The notes: generated by a model not told the origin, from the letters alone. DNA of 64,000 nucleotides from Nitrosopumilaceae archaeon (GCA_965209085.1 OZ242376.1:1088001-1152000), one strand, 5' to 3'. Numbered from the stretch's first letter, positions 1-10,828 are shown. A program made the numbers and translations.

Positions 1-669
1 AATGGCCGGATATGCCCCATTTTTCTTTTATCCAGGGTTCCAAGTTTTGATAGTTTCAGTCCGCCAGAATCAATAGAGATGAGCATCACAAGCTGTCCGT
101 TCGTGCACCTTGTCGGGTCAAGTGTTTTTAAGGACAGGCCACACATTCGGGCCATCTTTTCCAATCCGTTATCGGAAATGTCCAATCTCTGTATGCACTT
201 GTATATCATACTGCCAGATGGAGGGCTGCATCATCCATTACTTTTCCAACCATCCATTCAATGGTGCCAGCTTGAGTAACTTGTGCACGCTTGGATTGCC
301 AATAATGCCCAAAAAAAGCTTGTCCGGATACATGTAACGTCTGCCGTTCTTACATTTGTTCATGCATTTGAGTTCTTTTTTGTATTCTTTTGGGACTGCA
401 AACTGGCTCAGATGGCCAAACAATATGGATGCAGCACGGCTTTTCAGGTTTTCTTGGCAATCCTTTTTTTATCCGCCTCTTTGGTCTCTGCATTTGATAT
501 TTTTATTACAGTGTTTTTTACTCATAGTGGATCATCTCCGTGGGTGTTTGTCATAATTCGTCCACTTTGTGGGATGATCTAAATCTATGGAATCAAAATT
601 GTCGCCAAATTAGATATTTTAATATCGTTTTAGACAAAATGTCAGAATTAGGCAGGTTGTGACATGACC
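1..669 (-). mobile_element. Degenerate IS5-family (IS903-like) element, left portion with frameshifted transposase; runs off the window start
   Basis: Minus-strand fragments read KELKCMNKCKNGRRYMYPD ... IQRLDIS ... ISIDSGGLKLS..W IKEKW, resembling the IDSTGLK..GEW motif of IS903-group transposases. Probable terminal IR caggttgtgacatgacc at 653-669 recurs inverted at 21936-21952. Confidence 0.6.
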
Positions 670-703
670 TACAATCCAAGGCTGTGGAATCAGAATTATG
701 CGT

Positions 704-1102
704 TCATTCTATGTCAAGTTTCACGCGCTCTCCTGCGCTAGACCAAGCATAAATGTTCTCTTTTTTGTACGGATACTGCACTATTATGGAGACAAGTCCA
801 AAGAAATTGTGCAGATCTTCCACGGAGGGTTGTGCTGTACCGCTTGGATGCGTGTGAACCATTCCAACATAGCTTGAATCAAAGGGAAGAAACGAGTGCG
901 GAAATCCAGCAAACGTCGGGCCGCTGTGTGAAAAAGGAGGCACCACGAGCCCATCCACACGTATAATCCCGTTCTTTGATTTGCCTTTTAGAATCAAAAT
1001 GGCCTCGTTTGGATGGCGTATCTTTGCATATGATAGGATGCTCTCGCAAACATCTCCAATTAGGGTTACATTGCGCTTTATCGGTTTTTTCTTGCCAAAC
1101 AA
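704..1102 (-). CDS. JAB/MPN (Mov34) domain metalloprotease
   Basis: HPNE ... HTHPSG...PS..D JAMM motif. Likely true start is TTG at 1102 (MFGKKKP...); the longer listed ORF (to 1339) reads into an IS remnant. Confidence 0.85.
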   Translation of the reverse strand: MFGKKKPIKRNVTLIGDVCESILSYAKIRHPNEAILILKGKSKNGIIRVDGLVVPPFSHSGPTFAGFPHSFLPFDSSYVGMVHTHPSGTAQPSVEDLHNFFGLVSIIVQYPYKKENIYAWSSAGERVKLDIE

Positions 1103-1139
1103 TACTGGACAATTATTGTACAAAATTAATAATGTTTGT

Positions 1140-1500
1140 GGTAGGCCGTTGCTGTCAACTGTCAGCATGGCGCAATCGTTGTAGGTTCTGTACGCATGTC
1201 CATCATAATTTAGCATTACATCAAGTGCGTTTATCCTCATGCATATTTGGGTGTGATCCAGTGCATATCTCCTAGAATGCCGCGTACTATTCTCTCGCAT
1301 ATCTCGTAAGAGATGTACAAATGGAAAAAAAGAGTACATTACGGACAGAGATGGATATCATAGGTAGTCTTTTCAGTGTTTAAGAAAATCTTTGGCGATT
1401 CGGCATACTCTAAGAGATTGGACAACGTTGTCTAGGAGATTCGAATAAAAGTGTCCGCGTACGACACGTTCTGCAATATCACCTAACATCCGCACAAGCT
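1140..1500 (-). pseudogene. Second IS5 (IS903-like) transposase remnant
   Basis: Fragments DHTQICMRINALDV...LTVDSNGL and, in another frame, HLYISYEICERIVRGIL resemble IS903-group PDHTTI.RR / IDSTGL motifs. Boundaries approximate. Confidence 0.5.
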
Positions 1501-1935
1501 TGGATTGAATTCAATGGAAATTTCTACCAAATACTACATTTTGTGTATATAAAGTACGTATTTTAAAATGTCCAATCAAGAGTCATGCAACTGTGTAGAA
1601 ATAATCCAAATGTGGTTTTGCCTCGTACTCGGTCTAATAATGATTATGATGTGGATTTATATTCAATTTTTATGAACTGCTTGTATGAAATTAGTAGAAG
1701 TTTTTGGAGTGATTAATGATAAAATTATCGACATATGTAACAAGAAAGGAAATAGAGGATTGTTTTAAGAAAGCGTTTGAACAAAAAAGACACTTGTAAT
1801 ATATGGTTCATCTAAACAAGGAAAAACAACACTTCTAAATGCTAACATAAAAAAAGAAAATAGGATTATAGTTCAGTGTTATCCTGCAATGGATTTACAT
1901 GACATTTACAAAACTGTCCTTAAAAAATTAGATGC

Positions 1936-3055
1936 TATACTGACACGCAAAAGTAACTGCAATTTATGACTCTAGGCACAATGTAACCTCAAGATATTTG
2001 GATCACCTCGGGTATGAATCAATCATGAACAAAGAACATCAGGAACTGTATAATGCAAGCAGGCATGTCAAAAACAGAAAAGAGATATCAAAAATATATC
2101 TTGTAAGCATGGTCAAATACCAAAACATCTCCATAGCTAAAGCTTCGGAATTACTGATGAAAAGCTACAACTGGGGCAAAGAATGCATGCAACGATATGA
2201 CGAGCTTGGATTAGACGGTCTTAAAACCCTGCCCAAATCGGGCAGGCCTTTATTATTATCAAATATACGATTTAAAAAAATTATTGACACGACAAGACGA
2301 GAGAACGGTTCAGTTGATCCAAAACAGGTAATGCACAACATTAAACGCAAAACCGGAGTAAAATATCACATATCAAACATCAGAAAAAGACTCCACAAAT
2401 TCTCATTTGTCAGCAAGGCTCCAAAAAGAATTCATGTCAATGCAGCGCCGGCATCAGTCTGCTACAACTGGTCGCAAAACACTAGGCGTCAAATACGCCT
2501 ACTTGAAGAGCGTGGATTTGCAGTAGGCGTTCAGGATGAATGTATAATAAAATACGATTCATTATCCGGCAAGAAACTCTGGATTGAAATAAGCAAAAAT
2601 TGTTACGTAAAATCCACAGGTTCTCACAAAAAAGTTGTTGTCTTTGGAGTACTCTTATCGGATAGCAGGCAGATGTTTGCAAGCTATGATTTGTTTGATG
2701 CAAAATCATTTCTCAAGTTTTTAAAAATGGCTCATCAAAAATTTGGAAAAATTTGCATGATTACGGATAGAGCTGCACAACACAGAAAATCCAAAATTAT
2801 TAAAAAATATATATCTGAGAATAAAGATGAGGTAAAGCTTTTGTTTTTCCCTACAAGTTCACCGTTTCTGAGTGCCGTTGAAGAATGCGGGCATCAAGCC
2901 AAACGTGCGTTGGTCGTCTCTGAATATTATGAAACATTTGAGAATATGAAATATACAATTTCAGAATATTTTAGAACTGTACGATTCAAAGTATCAATAA
3001 TGGATTTTGTTATGAGAAAAGCTGTAGATTGCAGTTACTTTTGATCCGCAGTATA
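1936..3055 (+). mobile_element. IS630-family insertion sequence, apparently intact
   Basis: Imperfect terminal IRs tatactgacacgcaaaagtaactgcaat (1936) and tatactgcggatcaaaagtaactgcaat (reverse complement ending 3055); TA ends typical of IS630. Confidence 0.85.
1998..3044 (+). CDS. IS630-family transposase
   Basis: N-terminal HTH with GLDGL...SGRP; DDE triad QDE / TDRA / SAVEE. Start may be ATG at 2025. Confidence 0.9.
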   Translation: MDHLGYESIMNKEHQELYNASRHVKNRKEISKIYLVSMVKYQNISIAKASELLMKSYNWGKECMQRYDELGLDGLKTLPKSGRPLLLSNIRFKKIIDTTRRENGSVDPKQVMHNIKRKTGVKYHISNIRKRLHKFSFVSKAPKRIHVNAAPASVCYNWSQNTRRQIRLLEERGFAVGVQDECIIKYDSLSGKKLWIEISKNCYVKSTGSHKKVVVFGVLLSDSRQMFASYDLFDAKSFLKFLKMAHQKFGKICMITDRAAQHRKSKIIKKYISENKDEVKLLFFPTSSPFLSAVEECGHQAKRALVVSEYYETFENMKYTISEYFRTVRFKVSIMDFVMRKAVDCSYF

Positions 3056-3083
3056 CTATTCAATCCAGTACATCGTGTGAAAA

Positions 3084-4198
3084 TATACCCGCAAGCATAA
3101 ATTCGTTTAAAAATCCACCATTACACAATAGCAACGTTTTTTGATCACGACATCGGAACCAATTCATGCAAGTTAGCAATGAGGATCTCCTCCAGGCCTA
3201 TAATGACTGCAAAGATTCTCGCGTAAAAACGACTGCATGCGATGTGTCTGGTGCAGATACGCATCTACGACATAAAAGAAACTGCGGATCTCGTATTCTG
3301 AACATACCAGTTTGTGCACAAATGGCATAATCGATACAAAAAATACGGACTCAAAGGTCTGGAGGAAGGGTTCAGATATGGACGGTCGCCAAAAATTCCA
3401 CCATACACCATGATACAAATAAAAAAAGAATTTACAAAAATATGAACCGTTACACTTCCAAAGCTGGTTCGAGATTATATCAAAACTATGACAGGTGTAG
3501 TATATAATATCACATTACACACGTATGCAAGCTGATGCGGAAATGGAAACTAAAATCAAAGGTACCCCAAAAGATGCACGTCAACGCTGCATCATATGAT
3601 GAATGTTACACATGATATAGACGCACAATGCGTATTATTACGCACGAAATGGCAATGGGGCCAAAGATCTTTGTCCAAGATGAGACCATAGTGAGCAGTG
3701 ATGGTAAACTGGTCAAAAAATATTGGTGCAACGAGGATGAGCACCCAATCTATACGTGGAAATGGGATCATGGAAAATTCATAGCATATGGAATGATTTC
3801 AATTTCAGGAGAACGATTCTTTAGATCGCATGACAAGTTTGATGGTCCGACGTTTTTAAGATACGTCAAAGACGCAGTAGCAAAATATGGCAGAATACTG
3901 ATAATCGTAGATAGAGCCCGGCAGCACAGAACGATAAAGATTGAAGAATGCATCAAAGAGAACAAGGATAAGATTAGAATAGAATATCTTCCAAAAGCGT
4001 CGCCGCAACACAACATCCTGGAGATAATCTGCTTGTCGCCAAGCGTAATGTGGATCATTCGGAATATCACCATCAACTTGAAGATAAAAGGGTGGATTTT
4101 ATGGAATATCCGAGGACAAAAAAACTACCGAGTAATGTCATGGATTATTTTAAGCCAAAATTGGTAAATTTTTAAATGAATTTATGATCTGGAGTATG
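3084..4198 (+). mobile_element. IS630-family element with pseudogenised transposase (ATG 3166, several stops and frameshifts; 3628-4167 is the C-terminal fragment)
   Basis: IRs tatacccgcaagcataaattcgtttaaaaat and catactccagatcataaattcatttaaaaat (rc). Fragments include KYGLKGL..GRSPK, HVNAAS, VQDE, VDRARQH, YLPKASPQHN. Confidence 0.8.
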
Positions 4199-4303
4199 AA
4201 TCTAAATGCTTTTATTATGATAGTTATGTGCTAGACACATGAGCAGAACAACAGAATTCATACAACATGAAGGTTCTCTTGATAAAGATGCACGCAAATA
4301 TTC

Positions 4304-4657
4304 ATGTTCATACAAAAATGTGAAAGAAGCAAAGAGAGCCATTTTAGAGGATTTGAAAAAATAGATAATGTGGGATACATAATGTCCGATCTCATATTAT
4401 CAAAACTTTTTCGTAGACAAATTAAAATTATAGCAGCTAACGATCAACAAAAATTTTTAGACATTTGTGATAATTGGGATAAAGCACACAAAATAGTTGA
4501 TAGTAAAAATTTTCCGTTTAGCAAAATTACGTTTAAATCTCAAGTAAAGAGTAGGCAATTATATTTAACTTATGATTTTGATAAGCGTAAAAAAAAATTT
4601 TGGGTGTTGGAGATCTTTATAAAAACGTCTAAGGGATTTAGACCCTATAAACCATAA
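4304..4657 (+). CDS. Hypothetical protein; possibly the 3' part of a frameshifted gene starting at 4239
   Basis: 117-aa AT-rich ORF. An overlapping 41-codon ORF (4239-4364) ends right after an A6 run. Confidence 0.35.
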   Translation: MFIQKCERSKESHFRGFEKIDNVGYIMSDLILSKLFRRQIKIIAANDQQKFLDICDNWDKAHKIVDSKNFPFSKITFKSQVKSRQLYLTYDFDKRKKKFWVLEIFIKTSKGFRPYKP

Positions 4658-4740
4658 ACCATAATTCCTAATTACGAGAGATAAAATTATTGTAGATTCA
4701 GGTGATGATGAATAGACTTTATCCATAGGAATGCTTTTTA

Positions 4741-6088
4741 AGTATGAGGTCATCTCATACCTAACAAATTAGTCAATAACATACGATCATCTAGATCCAA
4801 ATACAATCAGTAAATAATTCATCTCATGAGCAATCGACATCCCACATATCGTGAATTGGAGGAATTTGTACGAGATTTTACAGAAAAGACGAATAAAACG
4901 ATCAGCAATCTCAAAGCAGAACATGCACATCAGGTGGATGAACAGAATAAGGAAATTATACTTCTCCGGAATCGACTTGCATATTACGAAAATTCCAATA
5001 CGCCAACCTCTTCACGATCACTTGAATACATGCAAGAAAAACGCAAAATACGCAAGGCAAGGGAAAACGGCGAATTACCGCCATCAAAAAACCAGGCGGC
5101 CGTCCAGACCACAAGGGAGTATCACGCAGACAATCCAACCAGTACTGTAAAACACACCATGAAAAATACCAAATGCAGCTGTGGCAGTACCATGGAATAC
5201 TAGTATACAAAAACGCGTGACATTATCGATTACATACCAGCAGTTGCAACAGAGATCAGACACATGATCGACGTACACACATGCTCAAACTGTAAACATG
5301 TCCGCGAGGCAGAAAACAATCTGCCAAAATCTGGCTCGTATGGTAAAAACGTGATTGCCCTAGTTCTCCAATACCGAGCAGTGAGAATCACGCATGATGC
5401 GATACAAGAACTGCTCAAAGCAACATGCGGTCTAGTCATTGCCAAATTCACTATAATCAACATGATCTCAAATGCCTCGGATCTAATGGATACGGAGGCA
5501 AAAACAATAACAAACACGGTTGTACAATCACCGTTTGTCAATATTGATGAGACATCATACATACTAAACTGACTGTTAATTTGGGCATGGACAATCGCAT
5601 ACGAGAAAAATATTGCGATAATTATGAACAAGAGTCGCGGTGCGTATGTTATGGACGCATATATGGACAAATTTACCGGCGTCGCAGTAACTGACGGATA
5701 TCCCGTATACCAGAGATTTGATCCAGGAGGAATGCACCAACGGTGCTGGGCACACGAGCTGCGGACTATTAAACACATGGCGATGAGATGCTGGACAGAT
5801 ACCGCAATACAGATCTGCTTGAACTGCAGAGTCTGATCAAACGATTGGAGAATGTAACTATGAATCTATTTGCGTTCATAGAGCATGAAAGCATCCTGCC
5901 TACAAATAATGTAACCGAGCGGGCATTACGGGATGTCGTGGTTCGTCGTAAGATAAGCGGTCAGATCAGAGGATCTGAATCTATGAGAAGAATGTCAAAC
6001 TTTCTAACATGCGTTTTGACATGGAGAGCGCAAAGTAAAAGTGTCTTTGAAGAGGTGCTGGGTATCGTTTAATAGATGACATCATACT
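4741..6088 (+). mobile_element. IS66-family element with fragmented TnpC transposase (pieces 4826-5203, 5264-5572, 5624-5836, 5788-6072)
   Basis: Motifs ENSNTPTSS, CSCG..CSNC zinc ribbon, IDET, VTDGYPVY, QRCWAH, PTNNVTERALR..VVRRKISG. Terminal IR agtatgaggtcatct (4741-4755) vs agatgacatcatact (6074-6088), 14/15 match. Confidence 0.85.
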
Positions 6089-6116
6089 ATTATAGCATTG
6101 TATTATTTAAAACCTC

Positions 6117-6207
6117 ATCGAGGTCGCCTAGTCAGGTAGGGCATCTGTATTCTAAACAGAAATGGTTCCGCAATCATACAGGGGTTCGAATCCAGTCTTT
6201 GGTGCCA
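6117..6207 (+). tRNA. Atypical or pseudo tRNA: Ser-like long-variable-arm body, anticodon TCT, encoded CCA
   Basis: Acceptor ATCGAGG/CTTTGGT (3 G-U pairs), D arm GCC..AGTCAGGTA..GGC, anticodon stem TCTGT/ACAGA with loop ATTCTAA, variable stem ATGGTT/AATCAT, GGTTCGAATCC T loop with two T-stem mismatches, G73 then CCA. Confidence 0.6.
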
Positions 6208-6352
6208 TAATGGACGTGTTAAATTTATTCCATCCACTTACACATGACACTATTTTTAGCATTCTAGAATCAGATCCCCCACCTGTCTGTAACCATCACA
6301 AATTGAGCAGTACTAGAAAAAAAGTTATAGTGGGTTTGGGTGCACAGTACAC

Positions 6353-7483
6353 ATGGAAAAGGCATCGGTGCTGCTAGGCGGCGCGTTTGGGGCAATTGCG
6401 GTAGTGGCAGTTTTTGCCGTATTTTTATTTCCTCCATCCGAAGTTCAGCCAGGATTTACTCAAAACGATCCGGTGCTTGAATCTGTCATGGCGTCTGGGA
6501 CGTACGAGTTGCTCAGCTTGGAGGAGATCTTTGAGAGATCCGAATCTAGCACTGTAAGCGTTGAATCAAAACGGAAAGGTAATGAACAGGGTTTTCGCGG
6601 AATCGGTTCAGGTTTTGTATATGATTTGCACGGGCATGTGATAACCAACCAGCACGTGGTTGAAAAATCAGATGAGATTATTGTAACGTTTCTTGATGGC
6701 AGATCATACAAGGCGGAAATAATCGGCACTGACGAGTATACGGACATTGCAGTACTGCATGTAAATGCCGCCGATGATGTGCTAACCCCACTTCAGATTG
6801 GAGACTCCTCGCAGCTAAAGGTTGGACAGGCAATTGCCGCAATTGGTAATCCGTTTGGGCTTTCAGGTTCAATGACTGCAGGAATTGTCAGCCAGCGCGG
6901 GAGACTGCTTCAGGCAGGAGATACGGCGTTTCAAATACCCGACATTATACAGACTGACGCTGTGGTAAATCCTGGAAATTCTGGCGGACCTTTGCTAAAC
7001 ATGCACGGACATGTTGTTGGAATGAATACTGCAATACAATCCAACACGGGATTTTTTACCGGAGTAGGATTTGCAGTTCCCTCGCAGACAATTGCAAAGA
7101 TTGTCCCGCATCTTATCAGGGACGGCGAGTATCACCATCCGTGGATTGGCGTGGTTGGCACGGACATTAGTCTGGATCTTGCAGAGGTTGCCGGACTTGA
7201 GGATACCAGAGGGTTTATGATAATCTCGGTTGCAAAAGACAGTCCGGCCCAAAAAGCTGGTCTGCGGGGCTCTGATCGGATAAAAACCCTCGACGGTGCA
7301 GATTATTCGCTTGGAGGGGACATTGTAGTTGCGATGGACGGCAAATCTGTCCGAAGCATAGATGACATACTAGTATATTTGCAGAGATCAAAATCAGTAG
7401 ACGATACGATTGTACTTGAAATACTCCGGGACGGACAGCAAACAGAGGTAACGCTTGTTTTAGAGCAGCGGCCGGATAAGTAG
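6353..7483 (+). CDS. HtrA/DegP-family serine protease with N-terminal membrane anchor and PDZ domain
   Basis: GSGF, TNQHVV, DIAVL and GNSGG catalytic motifs; C-terminal PDZ. Confidence 0.95.
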   Translation: MEKASVLLGGAFGAIAVVAVFAVFLFPPSEVQPGFTQNDPVLESVMASGTYELLSLEEIFERSESSTVSVESKRKGNEQGFRGIGSGFVYDLHGHVITNQHVVEKSDEIIVTFLDGRSYKAEIIGTDEYTDIAVLHVNAADDVLTPLQIGDSSQLKVGQAIAAIGNPFGLSGSMTAGIVSQRGRLLQAGDTAFQIPDIIQTDAVVNPGNSGGPLLNMHGHVVGMNTAIQSNTGFFTGVGFAVPSQTIAKIVPHLIRDGEYHHPWIGVVGTDISLDLAEVAGLEDTRGFMIISVAKDSPAQKAGLRGSDRIKTLDGADYSLGGDIVVAMDGKSVRSIDDILVYLQRSKSVDDTIVLEILRDGQQTEVTLVLEQRPDK

Positions 7484-7511
7484 ATTAAATATATGCACAT
7501 ACGTTATTCGT

Positions 7512-8687
7512 ATGTTGAGCGGGCTTGTTCTGCACTCTGATGTGTTAAGCGAAGCGGTTGCCGGGAAGAGTCCCAGTTTTGATCAGGCACTCTCGGTCAT
7601 GGAAGAATCCTGCAATGATTCATCAGATCTATTTGAGTCAGCATGTACCATACGCAGAAAATTCAAGGGAGATATTGTCACATTTTCAAGCAAAGTATTC
7701 ATAAACATTACAAATCTCTGCAGGGATACGTGTACGTATTGCACGTACAAAAAAGAGCCGGATTCAACTGTTGCATTCATGGAGCCAGAAAAGGTGCGCG
7801 CCCTAGCACGGCTGGGTAAAAAATACGGCTGCACCGAGGCACTTATTGTAACAGGCGAGAGACCCGAAGAGAAATACAGTGTTGCCCGCAGATGGCTTTA
7901 TGATAACGGGTTTTCAAGCACCCCAGAGTACGCGGCATTTTGCTCCCAGATTGCGCTAGAAGAGGGACTCTTTGCACATACAAATGCAGGCAATCTAGAA
8001 TACAAAGAGATGCTCAAATTAAAAGATACGAATCCAAGCATAGGATTGATGCTTGAAAATTCCAGTCCGCGTCTTGCCGAAAAAAACATGCCACACCATT
8101 TGGCAAAAAGCAAAGATCCAAAGGCTAGGATTGCAGTAATTGAAAATGCAGGGAGGGCAAAGATTCCCACCACAACAGGAATACTGGTTGGGATAGGGGA
8201 GAGTGAAGAGGAGACTGTAAGATCCCTTGAGAAAATCCGCGAGCTGCACAAACTATATGGGCACATACAGGAAGTAATCGTGCAAAACTTTGTTCCAAAA
8301 CCTCAGACGATAATGGGAAAAAATCCGGCACCTGATGGGACGTATTTTGCAAGAACTGTTGCGCTTGCAAGAATTATGATGCCAAATATGAACATACAGA
8401 TACCGCCGAATCTATCTCCGAATCTGTTTGGAGACTTTTTACGCATGGGGATAAACGACTGGGGAGGTATATCTCCTGTAACGCCAGATTGTGTAAATCC
8501 GGAGATGCCATGGCCATCCATACACATGGTTAAAAAAGTCTCAAAGGATGCCGGGTTTGATTTAAAGTGCAGGTTTGCAGCATATCCTGAATTTTTCAAA
8601 ATGGTGCCAGAAAAGCTTTTGGAGAAAATGTCAGTTATGGCAGACGAGTTTGGCCACGTAAGGGAGAAGATATGGCTCAAAGCATAG
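7512..8687 (+). CDS. cofG: FO synthase subunit 1 (F420 biosynthesis, radical SAM)
   Basis: TNLCRDTCTYC, HTNAG, TTGILVGIGE, QIPPNL, GINDWGGISPVTPD.VNPE.PWP. Confidence 0.93.
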   Translation: MLSGLVLHSDVLSEAVAGKSPSFDQALSVMEESCNDSSDLFESACTIRRKFKGDIVTFSSKVFINITNLCRDTCTYCTYKKEPDSTVAFMEPEKVRALARLGKKYGCTEALIVTGERPEEKYSVARRWLYDNGFSSTPEYAAFCSQIALEEGLFAHTNAGNLEYKEMLKLKDTNPSIGLMLENSSPRLAEKNMPHHLAKSKDPKARIAVIENAGRAKIPTTTGILVGIGESEEETVRSLEKIRELHKLYGHIQEVIVQNFVPKPQTIMGKNPAPDGTYFARTVALARIMMPNMNIQIPPNLSPNLFGDFLRMGINDWGGISPVTPDCVNPEMPWPSIHMVKKVSKDAGFDLKCRFAAYPEFFKMVPEKLLEKMSVMADEFGHVREKIWLKA

Positions 8688-9928
8688 AGTGCCTCCTAAA
8701 GGGAGCTGACCCACTTGTATCAGAAGCCCTAGATGATGCATTGTGTGGTAAAAAAATAAGTGTCGCGCAGGGGGAGATACTCTTTGGTGCCAAAGATTTT
8801 GATTTTCACATGGTTGGGATGGTAGCAGATTATCTTTGCAGAAAAAACACGGGCGATACTGTAACATATGTCGTGAATAGAAACGTGAATTTTACAAATG
8901 TATGTATAAAACAGTGCGGCTTTTGCGCGTTTAGCCGGGATTTTAGACAAGAGCAGGGATACATGCTACCCGTAGAGGAGATTGTACGCAGGGCAAAAGA
9001 GGCCCACAGCATGGGCGCCACCGAAGTGTGCATACAGGCAGGTCTGCCGCCGGACATGAAAGGCGACCTGTACGAGAGCATATGCTATGCAATTAAAGAT
9101 GAGATTCCCGGAATACACATACACGGTTTTTCCCCAGAAGAGGTGCTGTATGGAGCTCTCAAAAGCGAGATTGACGTGCGGGAATTTCTTGGCAGACTCA
9201 AAGAGGCCGGAGTTGGCACGCTTCCTGGTACCTCTGCTGAAATTTTGGATCAAAAAATGAGGGATGAGATCTCCCCAGGCCGCATTACCGTAAAGCAGTG
9301 GATTAACGTGATAAAAACAGCCCACAAACTTGGAATACGTACAACCTCCACTATGATGTTCGGGCACGGTGAAACTTTTGGGCACCGGGCACGGCACATA
9401 AAGCTGCTTCGCGACATACAGGATGAAACGGGCGGGTTTACAGAATTTGTTCCGCTGGGATTTGTGCACGAAGAGGCGCCAATGTACCTCAATGGCAAAT
9501 CCCAAAGTACAGGTGCCAGTGCCGCAGACGTCATGCTGACCCACGCAGTATCCCGCATCATGCTAAACGGCAGCATAAACAACATCCAAATGTCATGGGT
9601 AAAGGAGGGTCCCAGAATGGCACAGGTTCTGCTCTCATGGGGGGTAAACGACTTTGGCGGTACGCTCATCAACGAGAGCATTTCAACTTCTGCTGGTTCC
9701 CAGTACGGTCAGCTTTTGCGCCCGTCCCAGATACGCTCCCTTGTACGGCAGACTGGAAAAAAAGCAGCCGAGCGGAGCACACTATACAAGATACTGCGAA
9801 CCTTTGATGGCGGCGAATCGCACGAATTGTTGGATGAGGCAGATTCATCATCATTTGGATCGTATTTTGAGCTGGTAAAAGCCAGCGGATTCCGCTACAG
9901 TGACAGCGGCACCCTAAAACAGGATTAA
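8672..9928 (+). CDS. cofH: FO synthase subunit 2 (radical SAM)
   Basis: VTYVVNRNVNFTNVCIKQCGFCAF, PGTSAEIL, NIQMSWVKEG; overlaps cofG. Confidence 0.93.
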   Translation: MAQSIECLLKGADPLVSEALDDALCGKKISVAQGEILFGAKDFDFHMVGMVADYLCRKNTGDTVTYVVNRNVNFTNVCIKQCGFCAFSRDFRQEQGYMLPVEEIVRRAKEAHSMGATEVCIQAGLPPDMKGDLYESICYAIKDEIPGIHIHGFSPEEVLYGALKSEIDVREFLGRLKEAGVGTLPGTSAEILDQKMRDEISPGRITVKQWINVIKTAHKLGIRTTSTMMFGHGETFGHRARHIKLLRDIQDETGGFTEFVPLGFVHEEAPMYLNGKSQSTGASAADVMLTHAVSRIMLNGSINNIQMSWVKEGPRMAQVLLSWGVNDFGGTLINESISTSAGSQYGQLLRPSQIRSLVRQTGKKAAERSTLYKILRTFDGGESHELLDEADSSSFGSYFELVKASGFRYSDSGTLKQD

Positions 9929-10828
9929 AAATCCAATATATGCAGCATATGCTGCAACCAGTGTTATTCCCCAAAGGATACTGATTTTTCCCCGCAATGC
10001 AATCAGCATTGCAATTGCAAACGCCAGCATTATCACATAATCAAATTCGATTGATTTTGGAACGGTGATTCCTGAGACAATCGAGACTATTCCGACAATC
10101 ATCAGTATGTTGTAAATGCTGCTTCCAAGAATGATTCCAATTCCAATATTTGTCTCCCCGCGCCTTATTGCAGCAACCGATGTAATCAATTCAGGCAGCG
10201 AGGTGCCGATTGCAAGAACCGTGAGTCCAATAATTTTTTCAGAGACGCCGATGGTTTCTGCAATATCCAGGATATTATCCACGACAAGAATTGATCCCGC
10301 ATACAAAAGTGCCACGCCCAGTACAAGTTTTATCAGTGATTTTTTTCCAAGTTTTGTTTTTTCTTTTGTTTTACTTGCCTGCGAGCGGATGCTCTTATAC
10401 GTAAAGGCTGTAAAGGCCATGAGAAGTCCAATCAAGAGTATGCCATCATACGTGTCCAAATTCCCGTCAAGAGAGAGTATGATGAGCAAAAGTGAAAATC
10501 CAATCATCATTGGGACAAGCACACGAATCTGGCCTTTTTTGATTGCAATCGGGGTTAAAATCGCGGCGATTCCTATCACCATGCCGATGTTTGCAATGTT
10601 ACTTCCCACCACATTCCCCAATACTAGTGCCCCATGCCCGCCTGCTGCAAGACTAGCTGCCAGTTCCGGAGTAGAGGTGCCGTATGCGACCACGGTCATT
10701 CCTATTATCAGCGGGCTAATTTGAAATCTCTTGGCTATCGCAATTCCCCCATCCACTAGCCAGTTTCCCCCATAACACAGCAGTGCAAGTCCGGATGCGG
10801 CAAGTGCTATACTTACTAGTATCTCCAT
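9914..10828 (-). CDS. Ca2+/Na+ antiporter (YrbG/CaCA family)
   Basis: Two alpha repeats GTSTPEL...GSNIAN and GTSLPEL...GSSIYN; multiple TM helices. Confidence 0.92.
   Translation of the reverse strand: MEILVSIALAASGLALLCYGGNWLVDGGIAIAKRFQISPLIIGMTVVAYGTSTPELAASLAAGGHGALVLGNVVGSNIANIGMVIGIAAILTPIAIKKGQIRVLVPMMIGFSLLLIILSLDGNLDTYDGILLIGLLMAFTAFTYKSIRSQASKTKEKTKLGKKSLIKLVLGVALLYAGSILVVDNILDIAETIGVSEKIIGLTVLAIGTSLPELITSVAAIRRGETNIGIGIILGSSIYNILMIVGIVSIVSGITVPKSIEFDYVIMLAFAIAMLIALRGKISILWGITLVAAYAAYIGFLILF

Noticed and set aside
1103-1339. N-terminal extension of the JAB ORF as a real domain
   Set aside because: It reads as IS903-like transposase debris; the JAB domain starts naturally at TTG 1102.
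6149-6156. Reading the tRNA-like anticodon as CTA (amber suppressor / tRNA-Pyl)
   Set aside because: The 5-bp stem centres TCT in the 7-nt loop; the long variable arm is unlike tRNA-Pyl; no pyl genes are present.
6162-6377. 71-aa ORF
   Set aside because: It overlaps the tRNA-like gene and the htrA start and has no recognisable features.
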